From assembly GCA_965601925.1 (NCBI GenBank), contig OZ271854.1, forward strand, positions 2,688,001 through 2,752,000: a DNA stretch of 64,000 bases, in the 5' to 3' direction. Source of the stretch: Alkalispirochaeta sp. Lineage in GTDB: Bacteria; Spirochaetota; Spirochaetia; DSM-27196; Alkalispirochaetaceae. This document shows positions 47,997 to 57,959 of this stretch, piece after piece. A program made the position numbers and the translations under genes. Numbering within the stretch: the first letter of the stretch is position 1; each line of letters starts with the position of its first letter. A model generated the notes under the pieces. It had not been told where the DNA came from. It worked only from the letters and a program-made list of their open reading frames with translations, and did no database searches.

Positions 47997-49382
47997 ATGG
48001 CTGCAATACAAGGTATCGTCCAGTTTTTTCTGGACCTCGGCGCTAGCGTGTTTTTGCCGGTGGTCATCTTCATCCTGGCGGTCGCATTCGGCGCCAAACC
48101 GGGAAAGGCCACTCGCAGCGCGCTCATGGTCGGCGTCGGCTTTATCGGTATCGGGTTGGTGCTGGGGGTACTCTTTGACAACCTCGGACCCGCCGCTCAG
48201 GCGATGGTCGAACGGTTCGGCATTGAGTTGAGCATCATCGACGTAGGGTGGCCCGCCTCCGCGGCGATCGCCTTCGGGTCGGACATCGCGGCGTTGATCA
48301 TACCGACGGGGATTCTTCTGAACGTCGTGCTGCTTCTCGCCAAGATCACCAAGACGATCAATATCGATATCTGGAACTTTTGGCACTTTGCCTTTGTCGG
48401 CGCCATGGTGCAGGCGATAACCGGCAACATCTGGCTGGGACTCATCTCGGCGATGATCTTTGCCTCGGTCATGCTCTTTTTTGCCGACTGGACCGCGCCG
48501 GCGGTACAGAAGCTCATGGGGATGCCGGGCATCTCGCTGCCTCACGGGTTTTCCACGGTCTTCGTCGTTCCGGCGATGATCGTCAACAAGATCATCGATG
48601 TGATTCCGGGTCTCAACTCGGTAGAGGCCGATCCCGACGCCATTAAGAAACGTTTCGGTGTCTTCGGCGAGCCGGTTCTGCAGGGCGTGGTAATCGGTGG
48701 GGTCATCGCCCTCATCGCCTATGCCGGCAACGGACCGTTCACGAGTTGGATTACGCAAGTTCTGCAGGTCGCCGTCGCGCTCGCCGCAGTCATGGTGCTC
48801 ATGCCGCGTATGGTGGCGCTCCTTATGGAGGGTCTGATACCTCTCTCCGAGGCGGCGCGGGAGTTTCTGCAAAAGCGCGCCGGAGATCGTGAAATCTACA
48901 TCGGTCTCGACTCGGCGATCGCGATCGGGCACCCGACCTCCATCGCGACGTCGCTCGTCATGGTTCCGATTACGCTGCTCTTGGCCGTGATCCTACCGGG
49001 TAATCGTGTCCTGCCGTTCGGCGACTTGGCAACAATTCCCTTTATGGTGGCCATGATGGTGCCTATCGTGCGCGGCAACGTCGTCCGTGCGACCATTACC
49101 AGCACCGTCGTAATGATTCCCACTCTCTACATTATGAACGGGATCGCCGGCGTACATAGTCAAGTGGCGCGTATGGCGAACTTTGAGTTTCCCGAGGGAG
49201 CGACGCTGATTACCAGTATGGTCGACGGCGGGAATTGGCTTGCCGGACTCTTCACGTGGGCCGCCAATAGCTTCTGGCTCGGTAACGGGCTCATTCTCGC
49301 GGCGCTGATCGTCTTTTGGGTGATGTTCAAGAAGAACACCGCCGCCTGGCACAAAATCGCCGGACTCAACGAAGACGAGTAG
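47997..49382 (+). CDS. gatC: PTS galactitol-family EIIC
   Basis: LG.SVFLP, GVGFIG, IDVGWP, NIDIWNFWHFAF.GA, IGLDSA, LPFGDLA. Confidence 0.9.
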   Translation: MAAIQGIVQFFLDLGASVFLPVVIFILAVAFGAKPGKATRSALMVGVGFIGIGLVLGVLFDNLGPAAQAMVERFGIELSIIDVGWPASAAIAFGSDIAALIIPTGILLNVVLLLAKITKTINIDIWNFWHFAFVGAMVQAITGNIWLGLISAMIFASVMLFFADWTAPAVQKLMGMPGISLPHGFSTVFVVPAMIVNKIIDVIPGLNSVEADPDAIKKRFGVFGEPVLQGVVIGGVIALIAYAGNGPFTSWITQVLQVAVALAAVMVLMPRMVALLMEGLIPLSEAAREFLQKRAGDREIYIGLDSAIAIGHPTSIATSLVMVPITLLLAVILPGNRVLPFGDLATIPFMVAMMVPIVRGNVVRATITSTVVMIPTLYIMNGIAGVHSQVARMANFEFPEGATLITSMVDGGNWLAGLFTWAANSFWLGNGLILAALIVFWVMFKKNTAAWHKIAGLNEDE

Positions 49383-49413
49383 GTCGGTCGCATCGGATTC
49401 GGAATCGAATGCC

Positions 49414-49446
49414 ATGGAGCGCCTCTCGTTTGCCGAGGCGCTCCGT
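49414..49446 (+). other. Intercistronic stem-loop between EIIC and EIIA
   Basis: GGAGCGCCTC / GAGGCGCTCC 10-bp arms; weak U-tract. Confidence 0.5.
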
Positions 49447-49485
49447 ATTCGATCTCACGGAATGAGACTATCGTAAGGAGTATGC

Positions 49486-49977
49486 ATGAGCGCTACAGCC
49501 CTGCAGTTTAGCGACTTGGTACAGCCCGGATTTGTCCTCGATAATCTGCAGGCCGATTCCCGAGACGACGCGTTGACTAAAATGGCGCGTCTGCTCGTCG
49601 AGCGTAACCATTGCGAAAAGAGTTTCCCGGACGCGATTCTCGAGCGGGAGCGTATCCATCCATCGGGACTGCCCATGCCGGGACACAAAATCGCCATTCC
49701 TCATACCGACTCGCACCACGTCAGGCGGTCGATCATTCTGTTTGCGCGGCTCGCCCGGCCGGTCGAGTTTCGCTCCATGGGCAACCCCGACGAGACGATA
49801 TCGGTTCAGATGATCTCCATGTTCGCCCTGAAGGAGAAAAAACTTATCGGCGACATGCTGGAGACGCTGATTACGGTGTACCAGCACGACGAGATTCTCG
49901 ACGCGATCCTCAAAGCGGCCGACGCGGAGCGCATTTTCTCGATCTTACGTAAGGCGGTAGAGACCTTTGGGAAGTGA
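49486..49977 (+). CDS. PTS EIIA (Gat/Fru/Mtl type)
   Basis: RE...PSGL, IAIPHT phospho-His motif, PVEF..M. Confidence 0.88.
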   Translation: MSATALQFSDLVQPGFVLDNLQADSRDDALTKMARLLVERNHCEKSFPDAILERERIHPSGLPMPGHKIAIPHTDSHHVRRSIILFARLARPVEFRSMGNPDETISVQMISMFALKEKKLIGDMLETLITVYQHDEILDAILKAADAERIFSILRKAVETFGK

Positions 49978-49981
49978 CACG

Positions 49982-51712
49982 ATGCACTTGAAGGGTATTG
50001 CGGCGTCTCCCGGGATCGCCACCGGCAAGGCGGTGGTTTTCGTACAACCGACATTGCCCGTGGTCGAGGGGACCGCGGGCGACGTCGAGGCCGAAATCGC
50101 TCGGTTGGATGACGCGGTGCGTGCGACGATCGATCAGCTGGTCCTGCTCAAGGAGAAGATGCGCGGTAATCTCGGGGACGAGTTCGCCCACATTTTTCGC
50201 TCCCAACAGACGATCGCGGAAGACGAAAGTATCCGCGGCGAGGTAGAAGCGGCGATTCGCGAGACGTCGATCTGTGCCGAGGTGGCGCTGCGAAGCGTCT
50301 TCGACTCGTATCGCGCACTCTTTGACGAACTCGACGATAGCGACTACAACAAGAGTCGCGCGGCGGACATCGACGACGTCTATAAGCGTATCCTCAGAAA
50401 TCTGCTCGGCGTTCCCGAGGTCAGTCTCGCTCATCTCGACCCCGACAGCATCATCATCGCCGAGGAGTTGTACCCGAGCGATACCGCCATGATGGATGCC
50501 GAGGCGGTGGGCGGTATGGTGACCGAACGCGGCGGTGCGACCTCCCATGTAGCGATCCTCGCGAAGAATCTGGGCATTCCCGCCGCGGTTCGCGTCGAGG
50601 GGGCGCTCACCAAAATTCGCGACCGCGATGCGATCGTGATCGAGAGCGTCGAAAACGAGGACGCGCGCGTGTTCGTCAACCCCGACCGTCGGACGGTCGA
50701 GGAGCTTCACGAGAAAGAGCGCACGTTGCGCCGCCATCACGAGCGTGTAGAGCGGTTTCGCGGCAAGGACGCGGTGACCACCGACGGGGAACGAATCGTG
50801 CTGTCGGCCAATGTCGGTTCCACCGCCGATCTTGAGCCCGCTCATGAGGCCGGCGCGACGAGTATCGGGTTGTATCGTAGCGAGTTCCTCTTCATGAACT
50901 CGCCGGCTCCTCCCGACGAGGAGCAGCAGTATTTGGCCTACCGTCGCGCCGCCGAGCGCTTCGACGGAGGGTTTGTCATCGTCCGCACCTTGGACATCGG
51001 CGGTGACAAACACGTTCCTTCGATTCCTCTGCGCGAAGAGGACAATCCGTTTCTCGGTAACCGCGCATTGCGATTGTGTCTTTCGCGGCCCGAGCTCTTT
51101 CGTAAGCAGTTGCGCGCCATTTTGCGCGCCGGAGCGCACGGTACCATAAAGATCATGTTTCCCATGGTGGGAGGCGTTCCCGAACTGGACCGGGCCCTCT
51201 CGGCGCTCGAGGAGGCCAAGAGAGAGCTCGAATCCGAAGGTCTCTCGTATGATCGCGAGATGGAGGTCGGTATCATGGTGGAGGTGCCGTCGGCGGTGTG
51301 GGTCGCCGACGCGCTGGCGGAGCGCGTTTCGTTTTTCAGCATCGGCACCAACGATCTCACACAGTACTTAATGGCTGCCGATCGGCTCAATGGGGATATC
51401 GAGGAGTACTATCGCACGTTCGATCCGTCGGTGTTTCGCTCGATCCACGAGGTGGCGCGCGCCGCCGACGTTCACGGACGGTGGGTCGGCGTATGCGGCG
51501 AGCTCGCCGGCAATCCCCTGGCGATCCCCGTGCTCGCGGGGCTGGGTGTGACGGAGCTGAGTATGAGTCCGCGCATGCTCGCCGAAGCGACGTGGCTCCT
51601 CCGTCGAACGTCGATGGACGAGGCCCGCTCACTCGCCGGCGAGGTGCTTGCTCTGGACTCCCACATTGAAATAAAAGCATTATTGCGGCGACATTATTCG
51701 TCGAAGGAGTAG
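49982..51712 (+). CDS. ptsI: PTS enzyme I (PEP-protein phosphotransferase)
   Basis: GIAASPGIA.G, TSHVAILA (phospho-His), GLYRSEFL, RTLDIGGDK, NPFLG.R, SIGTNDL.QY, VCGE. Confidence 0.95.
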   Translation: MHLKGIAASPGIATGKAVVFVQPTLPVVEGTAGDVEAEIARLDDAVRATIDQLVLLKEKMRGNLGDEFAHIFRSQQTIAEDESIRGEVEAAIRETSICAEVALRSVFDSYRALFDELDDSDYNKSRAADIDDVYKRILRNLLGVPEVSLAHLDPDSIIIAEELYPSDTAMMDAEAVGGMVTERGGATSHVAILAKNLGIPAAVRVEGALTKIRDRDAIVIESVENEDARVFVNPDRRTVEELHEKERTLRRHHERVERFRGKDAVTTDGERIVLSANVGSTADLEPAHEAGATSIGLYRSEFLFMNSPAPPDEEQQYLAYRRAAERFDGGFVIVRTLDIGGDKHVPSIPLREEDNPFLGNRALRLCLSRPELFRKQLRAILRAGAHGTIKIMFPMVGGVPELDRALSALEEAKRELESEGLSYDREMEVGIMVEVPSAVWVADALAERVSFFSIGTNDLTQYLMAADRLNGDIEEYYRTFDPSVFRSIHEVARAADVHGRWVGVCGELAGNPLAIPVLAGLGVTELSMSPRMLAEATWLLRRTSMDEARSLAGEVLALDSHIEIKALLRRHYSSKE

Positions 51713-51719
51713 GACATAG

Positions 51720-52001
51720 ATGAAAAAGAGGATCCTAGTTGCCTGTGGTACCGCCATCGCCACCTCCACGGTCGTCGCGAGAAAGATCGAGGAAGAGCTC
51801 TCCAAGCGCAATATCGACGTCGAGACGACGCAATGCAAAGCGTCGGAAGTACCATCCAAGGTAGACGGCCACGATTTGGTCGTGACCACGACGTTTGTAT
51901 CCGGAACCGGAGACGTCCCGGTGATCCACTCCGTCTCCTTCCTCACCGGCGTCGGCATCGAGAAGGATATCGAAAAGATCGTCGAGTACCTCGACGAGTA
52001 G
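51720..52001 (+). CDS. PTS EIIB (galactitol family)
   Basis: ILVACGTAIATST phospho-Cys loop, FLTGVG. Confidence 0.9.
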   Translation: MKKRILVACGTAIATSTVVARKIEEELSKRNIDVETTQCKASEVPSKVDGHDLVVTTTFVSGTGDVPVIHSVSFLTGVGIEKDIEKIVEYLDE

Positions 52002-52011
52002 GGAGGGTCGC

Positions 52012-52356
52012 GTGCCCCGCGTGGAAGAGTTGACGTTTGCCAAGCTTTTGGCCGACGGCAAAGTATATCGAGCACCGTGCCTCGTCTTTCGCACGTCGGT
52101 GGACGGAAAGTGGTGGCGCGCGGACGGCATGTCGTTTTCGCCGGAGGATTTCGACTCGGTCATCGCTGCGGAGCCCGACACGGTGATCCTGGGCGTCGGC
52201 ATCATGAACAAGGTCACCGTACGTGATGGGTCGCTCGAGCGCTTTGCCGAGGCCGGCATTGCGTGCGAAGTGATGGACAGTCAAGCCGCCGTCGAGCGCT
52301 TCAACGCACTGTTCGACGCGGGGGCGAACGTCGTCGGTGCGTTTCACCTCATGTGA
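52012..52356 (+). CDS. Mth938-like (DUF498) protein
   Basis: F..L..DG..Y, P..VILG.G, GI..EVM.S..A...FN.L, GAFHL. Confidence 0.75.
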   Translation: MPRVEELTFAKLLADGKVYRAPCLVFRTSVDGKWWRADGMSFSPEDFDSVIAAEPDTVILGVGIMNKVTVRDGSLERFAEAGIACEVMDSQAAVERFNALFDAGANVVGAFHLM

Positions 52357-53129
52357 TGTTCAATAATAGGCAGCGGCGAATCGATTTGTTGCTCAACAAG
52401 GTCAAGGTCGAGCAGCAGACGTCGATCGAGGATCTATCGAACTATTTCAACGTCTCGACCGCCACCATCCGCCGTGATATCAAGGAGCTCGAGAAGCGCG
52501 ATTCGGTGGTACAGACCGTCGGCGGCGGTGTCATTTATCAGACCGAGTATACCGGTGCGGTCGATCCCCGCAACAACGGCCACGCCATCGCCGAGAAGAT
52601 TCGTATCGCCGAGTACTGTACCGAGTTGGTACGCGACCACGACGATATTCTGATCGGTCCGGGAACGACGACCTTTCTGGCCGGGAAGATCATGAGCGGC
52701 ATCACCGACCGCAGCTTTCGTATCGTCACCAACTCCCTCGAGTTGGCCGTCGAAACGAGTGTGGCTTCCAATATTCGGACCGTTATCGTGGGCGGGGAGG
52801 TGTGGAACAAGCACACCGTCGTCCCCACCTCGGGCCACGAGTACTTCGCGACCTGTCACCGCCGTCACACTCTCGTAATGTCGGCCGACGGGGTGGATCG
52901 CCACCAGGACATCACCGTCTTCGAGACGCGCCTGGTGCCGGTGATCGAACAGATGATCGCCGTCTCCGATCGCATCATTCTCGCAGTCGACTCCAGCAAG
53001 TTCGACCAGGCGCGCTTTAATCACGTGTGCGGGTGGGATCGCATATCGCTGGTCGTCACCGATACCGGCATGCCGGAGGAGTACGCGACGTTCTTCCGAG
53101 AGCGCGGGGTCGAGGTGGCGCTGGTATGA
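52356..53129 (+). CDS. DeoR/GlpR family transcriptional regulator
   Basis: F.VS.ATIRRD..EL HTH, K..IA, GPGTTT, VTNSL, DSSKF. Confidence 0.92.
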   Translation: MFNNRQRRIDLLLNKVKVEQQTSIEDLSNYFNVSTATIRRDIKELEKRDSVVQTVGGGVIYQTEYTGAVDPRNNGHAIAEKIRIAEYCTELVRDHDDILIGPGTTTFLAGKIMSGITDRSFRIVTNSLELAVETSVASNIRTVIVGGEVWNKHTVVPTSGHEYFATCHRRHTLVMSADGVDRHQDITVFETRLVPVIEQMIAVSDRIILAVDSSKFDQARFNHVCGWDRISLVVTDTGMPEEYATFFRERGVEVALV

Positions 53130-53488
53130 CCGGGCTCTACTTTGCCTTTCTCGGCGACTACGCGATGCGAATCGTAGATTTCTACCGCGCCAATCAGGCG
53201 ATCCTGAACGGCGTAATAGTCGCCTACGGGCTTCTTCTCGCCGCCGCTCACCGCAACGTCGTACGTATCGAACGAATGCTGCGGGAGCGATTGGACGAAT
53301 CGGATATGCATCGTCTATGGCGTCGATTGGAGGCCGAACCGCTGGACGACGAGGAGTTACACACCCTGCGCAAGCGTTTGCGCATCCCGGTGCTCGCCTC
53401 ACCGCTGCATTTTTTCTTTTATCCCGTTTCCCGAGAGACGATACTGCGCATTCTACGCAAGAAATACCCAAGGAGTAACGCATCATGA
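53126..53488 (+). CDS. Small hypothetical membrane protein
   Basis: ATGA-coupled at both ends within the PTS operon; one hydrophobic segment. Confidence 0.7.
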   Translation: MTGLYFAFLGDYAMRIVDFYRANQAILNGVIVAYGLLLAAAHRNVVRIERMLRERLDESDMHRLWRRLEAEPLDDEELHTLRKRLRIPVLASPLHFFFYPVSRETILRILRKKYPRSNAS

Positions 53489-53769
53489 CCGATATTACCC
53501 TCACCGTACAGAACGAAACGGGACTGCACAGTCGCCCCGCCGACCTGTTCGTACGTACCGCCAAACTCTATGAGAGCAGCATCACCGTCCACAAGAATGA
53601 GAAATCGGCCGATGCCAAGAACATCATTAAGGTGATCCTTCTCAACGTCTCTCAGGGCCATGAGATCAAGATCGAAGCCGAAGGTGCGGACGAGGCGGAG
53701 GCGCTCGAAGACCTCGCAACCCTCATCGGGTCGAACTTCGAGACGGTGAACCCCAAGGTTAAGATCTGA
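53485..53769 (+). CDS. ptsH: HPr family phosphocarrier
   Basis: GLHSRPA (His15), I.AEGADE.EA; the Ser46 position reads Asn (DAKNI). Confidence 0.9.
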   Translation: MTDITLTVQNETGLHSRPADLFVRTAKLYESSITVHKNEKSADAKNIIKVILLNVSQGHEIKIEAEGADEAEALEDLATLIGSNFETVNPKVKI

Positions 53770-53860
53770 CTTTTCGAATCCGACACTACGATCGCGCGGC
53801 ACGCCCTCTCGGCCCCGCGTGGTCGATCCTTACACTTTGTTTGTATAATTATTCGCGAGT

Positions 53861-55690
53861 ATGAAACGATTTTCCTTCGGCGGAGTTGGTCTACCACTGT
53901 TAGTCGTCTTCACCCTTACCTCCTGCGGCGGCGCGGAGGAGGTGACCGTAGAAGAGGCCGCAGCACAGCGCGAGGCGGGCCGCAGCGAGCTTTTGGAGCG
54001 TACCGTATCGCGTCCCGGGCCCGGCGAGTGGGAGCCGGGAGAGGTCGGTGGTACCTGGACGACCAGTATCACCAACGATCCGCGAACATTTAACCTCGTC
54101 AATGCGTCCGACGTCGAGACTTCGAACATTATCGAAGCGCAGTACGATATGCTTGCGGACTACGATCCGTACGAGCGCGTCTGGATACCGAATCTAACCT
54201 CGTGGGAGATCGAGGTTGACGAGGCGAACGATACCCTGCGGGTGGTGTTTACGCTACGCGACGATCTGTACTGGACCTTGCCGGGGCAGTCGCTGGAGGA
54301 GGGCATCAAGGCGACGAGCGACGATGTGGTCTTCTGGTACAACGAGATCGCCGGCGATCCGGCGTTTCAAATGACCTCCAATGCGCAGCAGTTCGTCCGA
54401 ATGCCCGACGGGAGCGAGGCTCGCATTACCGCGGAGCGAATCGATGAGCGACGCTTTGCGCTGAACTATCCGCGTATCGTCGCCAATCCGATTCTTTCGT
54501 CCAACATGGTCTTCGGCCCGCGCCACATTTTCGAGCCGGCCAAACGGGAAGGCGGCGTCGAGGCGGTGCTCAACCTCCTCAGCGTAGAGACCGACGTGAC
54601 CCAAATGCCCTCGATCGGCGAGTACCATATCGTCGAGTACACTCCGGGGGTGCGTCTGGTCATGCAGCGAAATCCCAACCACTGGAAGCGCGACGAGGCC
54701 GGAACGTCTCTCCCCTATATCGAACGCGTCGTCTATCGTATCGTGCCCGACGTCAACACCAACTTTCTGCTCTTTCGCGAGGGAACGCGCGACTCCTACG
54801 GTGCGCGTCCCGAGGATTTGGAGGAGCTTCTCGGAGTCGAGAATCCCGACTATACCGTGTACGACGGTGGTGAGAGCCTTAACGCCTCATTTATTTCGTT
54901 CAATCAAAACCCGGCCAACATAGATCCGGTGCGATACTCCTGGTTCATTCAAAAGGAGTTTCGTCAGGCGATGAGCTCATTACTCAACCGCGAGCGAATC
55001 ATCCGACAGGTATATCGCGGCCTCGCCTCCCCGGTACGGTACTTCTTCATCGCCGCCAACCCGATGTTCAACCCCGAAATAACGCTCGAGTACACCTACG
55101 ACCCAGAACGGGCCGTGGCGTTGTTGGAAAGCATCGGCTTTTCGCAGGGCGAGGACGGATTGATGTACGACGAGGACGGGAATCATATCGAGTTTTCGAT
55201 CAATATGGGCGTCGAGGGCACCATCGGCGTCGATATCGCCACCATCTTCGCCGATGAGTTGGAGCAAGTTGGAATCACGCTCAACGTTCGCCCCATCGAT
55301 TGGCAGGCGTTGGGGGAGCGTCTCACGAGCACCTACGATTGGGAAGCGGTTATTATGGCGTTCGGCGGTGCGAACTACTGGCCCTCGGGAGGTTCCAACG
55401 TGTGGCCCTCGTGGGGCAACCTCCATATTTGGCACCCACTCCAGGAGGAACCGGCGACCGAGTGGGAGGCGCGCGTAGACTTTCTCTACAACGAAGGACG
55501 GTTCACCTTCGACGAGGCGCGACGACGGGAGCTGTACGACGAGTACCAGCGGATCATTTTGGAGCAACTGCCGCTCATATACACCGTGCACCCCTTTTCC
55601 TTTCTTGCGGTGCGCGATCGGTGGCGGAACGTCTACTTCGATACTTTAGGCTCAATAGAGACGCAGCGCCTCTTTTTAGGGAGCGAGTAG
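53861..55690 (+). CDS. Peptide/nickel ABC transporter substrate-binding lipoprotein (family 5)
   Basis: Lipobox LTSC, DP.TFN, TLR.DL.W, DDVVF, RNP..W, FRQA.S....R; TATAAT at 53844. Confidence 0.9.
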   Translation: MKRFSFGGVGLPLLVVFTLTSCGGAEEVTVEEAAAQREAGRSELLERTVSRPGPGEWEPGEVGGTWTTSITNDPRTFNLVNASDVETSNIIEAQYDMLADYDPYERVWIPNLTSWEIEVDEANDTLRVVFTLRDDLYWTLPGQSLEEGIKATSDDVVFWYNEIAGDPAFQMTSNAQQFVRMPDGSEARITAERIDERRFALNYPRIVANPILSSNMVFGPRHIFEPAKREGGVEAVLNLLSVETDVTQMPSIGEYHIVEYTPGVRLVMQRNPNHWKRDEAGTSLPYIERVVYRIVPDVNTNFLLFREGTRDSYGARPEDLEELLGVENPDYTVYDGGESLNASFISFNQNPANIDPVRYSWFIQKEFRQAMSSLLNRERIIRQVYRGLASPVRYFFIAANPMFNPEITLEYTYDPERAVALLESIGFSQGEDGLMYDEDGNHIEFSINMGVEGTIGVDIATIFADELEQVGITLNVRPIDWQALGERLTSTYDWEAVIMAFGGANYWPSGGSNVWPSWGNLHIWHPLQEEPATEWEARVDFLYNEGRFTFDEARRRELYDEYQRIILEQLPLIYTVHPFSFLAVRDRWRNVYFDTLGSIETQRLFLGSE

Positions 55691-55699
55691 TTTCCGGCG

Positions 55700-56815
55700 A
55701 TGAATGATCGCGTAAAAGAGACCATCGCGATATCGCGATCGTTAGCGCTCGCGGTATCCTCCGTCATGCGTACGTACCGCTCGCTCAAGCGGAGGTTCCC
55801 GTTGGGGACGTTCATCGCCGCGCGCGTCGTCTCCATGGTGGCGACGCTCTTCGTGCTCGGATTCGCCGTCTTCGGTCTTATGGCGCTCTCTCCCGGCGAC
55901 ATTGTAGAGAATTACGTGCGCAGTCAGATGTTGACCCAGGACGAGTTCCGCCAAGCCGACAACGTCTACACGGAGGAGGCGATCGCCGAGGCACGGGCGC
56001 GATTGGGGTTGGATAGACCGTTTTATGAGCAGTACATGCGCTGGTTGCGACAGGTTTTTGTCGAACGTGATTTGGGGCGCACGCTTATCAGCCGGGCGCC
56101 GATCCTCTTTTTGATCCGCGATCGGATGGTTAACTCACTCGTACTCAACCTCATCTCGCTCTTTTTTCTTACTATCATAAGTTTTGCGTTGGGTATCTAC
56201 TTCAGCTCCAAGGTCGGAACGAAGATCGACCTTGCCGCAACGCTCTTTGCGCTCTTTTTGCACGCCTTTCCCGGTGTGCTGCTTCTGATTCTGTTGCAGC
56301 TCTTTGCCGCCATATCGGGGTTGTTCCCCGTGACTGCGTATCCCGACTTTCCGCCGGCCGAAGCGCCGGTGCGTTTTGCGTTCAGTTATCTCTATCATGT
56401 TCTGGTGCCGCTGATCGGCGCCTTTCTCGGCGGCATCGGCGGCACGATGCGGATGATCCGCGCGACGATGCTCGACCAACTGGGCCAGCCATACATCACG
56501 AGTCTCCGGAGTCGCGGCGTAGACGAGCGCCGCGTATACTTCGCCCACGCCTTTCGCAACACCTTGAACCCGTACATCACCTCGAGTGCCAATCTCTTCG
56601 CCGGCCTTTTCTCCGGTTCGCTGATTCTCGAGATCATCTTCTCGTACCCCGGCATCGGGCGACTGATGTACGAAGCGGTGCGTCAGGAGGATATCAATCT
56701 CGTTCTGGCGAATATGATGTTCATCAGCTTTCTGGTGCTCTTCGGTATGATCGTGAGTGACATTCTTCTGGCGGTCGTGGATCCCCGGATTCGATTTGGG
56801 GCTGAGCAGCGATGA
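55700..56815 (+). CDS. Peptide ABC transporter permease (DppB/OppB)
   Basis: PGD, LGLD.P...QY..W, R..R..MLD.L...YI...R.RG, HA.RN.L.P, DPRI. Confidence 0.9.
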   Translation: MNDRVKETIAISRSLALAVSSVMRTYRSLKRRFPLGTFIAARVVSMVATLFVLGFAVFGLMALSPGDIVENYVRSQMLTQDEFRQADNVYTEEAIAEARARLGLDRPFYEQYMRWLRQVFVERDLGRTLISRAPILFLIRDRMVNSLVLNLISLFFLTIISFALGIYFSSKVGTKIDLAATLFALFLHAFPGVLLLILLQLFAAISGLFPVTAYPDFPPAEAPVRFAFSYLYHVLVPLIGAFLGGIGGTMRMIRATMLDQLGQPYITSLRSRGVDERRVYFAHAFRNTLNPYITSSANLFAGLFSGSLILEIIFSYPGIGRLMYEAVRQEDINLVLANMMFISFLVLFGMIVSDILLAVVDPRIRFGAEQR

Positions 56816-56852
56816 GTAGTCCGAACACCGACAGAGCGCAGGCGGGTACGCT

Positions 56853-57959
56853 ATGAGAAGATTCCGGCGCGCCATCTTTCGACGCCCCGTTGCCGGTATC
56901 TCGTTCGTCGTGTTGGTGGCGCTGTACGGTGCGATGGTGTTCGCCGAGTTCCTCGCCCCCTATACGCCGACGACCGTCTTTCGCGAGAGCGCATACCATC
57001 CGCCCAATCTCAGGCTATGGTCGGATGAGCTGGGACTTCGTCTACAGGTGCAGGAGTACGCCCTCGTTGACGACATCAACTGGCGCTACGCTCCGGTCCG
57101 GGGCGCCTACATTCCCGTGCGCCTCTTCGCGCGCGGCCCCGAGTACCGCATGTGGGGCCTCTTTTCCGGCCGTGCACACCTCTTGGGTACCGAGGCACCG
57201 TACGACGGCGAGCTACGAGGATGGGATGCCGGCGGACGCACGCACCCGGTCTTCTTGATGGGGGCGGACAGTCTGGGACGCGACCTCTTCTCGCGCATCC
57301 TCTACGGAAGTCGTATCTCGCTCACGATAGGTTTCATTGGGATTACGATCTCCCTGGTGCTCGCGATCACCCTCGGAGGATTGGCCGGATACTTCGGCGG
57401 CGGGATCGATTGGGTCATCATGCGTTTCGCCGAGTTCGTGATTCTCATTCCGGGGCTCTATCTTATTCTCTTTCTCAGGAGCTTACTCTCCCGCGAGATG
57501 GATTCCGGGCAGGCCTTTATTCTGATTACGGTTGTGCTTTCGTTCGTCGGATGGCCGGGGAGCGCGCGGATGATTCGCGGTCTGGTGCACAGCATTAAGC
57601 GCGAGGACTTCATCGTCAACGCGCGGTTGGAGGGTATACCGGCGTTGGTGATCGTCTTTCGCCACATCATTCCCCAGATGTCTTCAATTCTCATCGTGAG
57701 CGTAACGCTCGGTATTCCCGGCTTCATTCTCGGCGAGACGGTGTTGAGCTATCTCGGCCTCGGCATCATCGATCCGGCGGTGAGCTGGGGGAGTCTCCTC
57801 AATCGCGAAGTGACGACGCTGTCCAACTTGCGCAACTTCCCGTGGTTTCTCTATCCCGGTCTCTTCCTACTTCTTACGACACTGTCGTTCAACTTTCTCG
57901 GCGATCTGTTGCGCGACGTCCTCGATCCCTACCATAGAGAAAGGAAGCTCGGATCATGA
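56853..57959 (+). CDS. Peptide ABC transporter permease (DppC/OppC); the true start may be 56812 across a 1-nt frameshift
   Basis: GAD.LGRDLFSRILYG.RISL.IG, W...AR..R, RHI.P, E..LSYLGLG, GD.LRD.LDP. Confidence 0.9.
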   Translation: MRRFRRAIFRRPVAGISFVVLVALYGAMVFAEFLAPYTPTTVFRESAYHPPNLRLWSDELGLRLQVQEYALVDDINWRYAPVRGAYIPVRLFARGPEYRMWGLFSGRAHLLGTEAPYDGELRGWDAGGRTHPVFLMGADSLGRDLFSRILYGSRISLTIGFIGITISLVLAITLGGLAGYFGGGIDWVIMRFAEFVILIPGLYLILFLRSLLSREMDSGQAFILITVVLSFVGWPGSARMIRGLVHSIKREDFIVNARLEGIPALVIVFRHIIPQMSSILIVSVTLGIPGFILGETVLSYLGLGIIDPAVSWGSLLNREVTTLSNLRNFPWFLYPGLFLLLTTLSFNFLGDLLRDVLDPYHRERKLGS

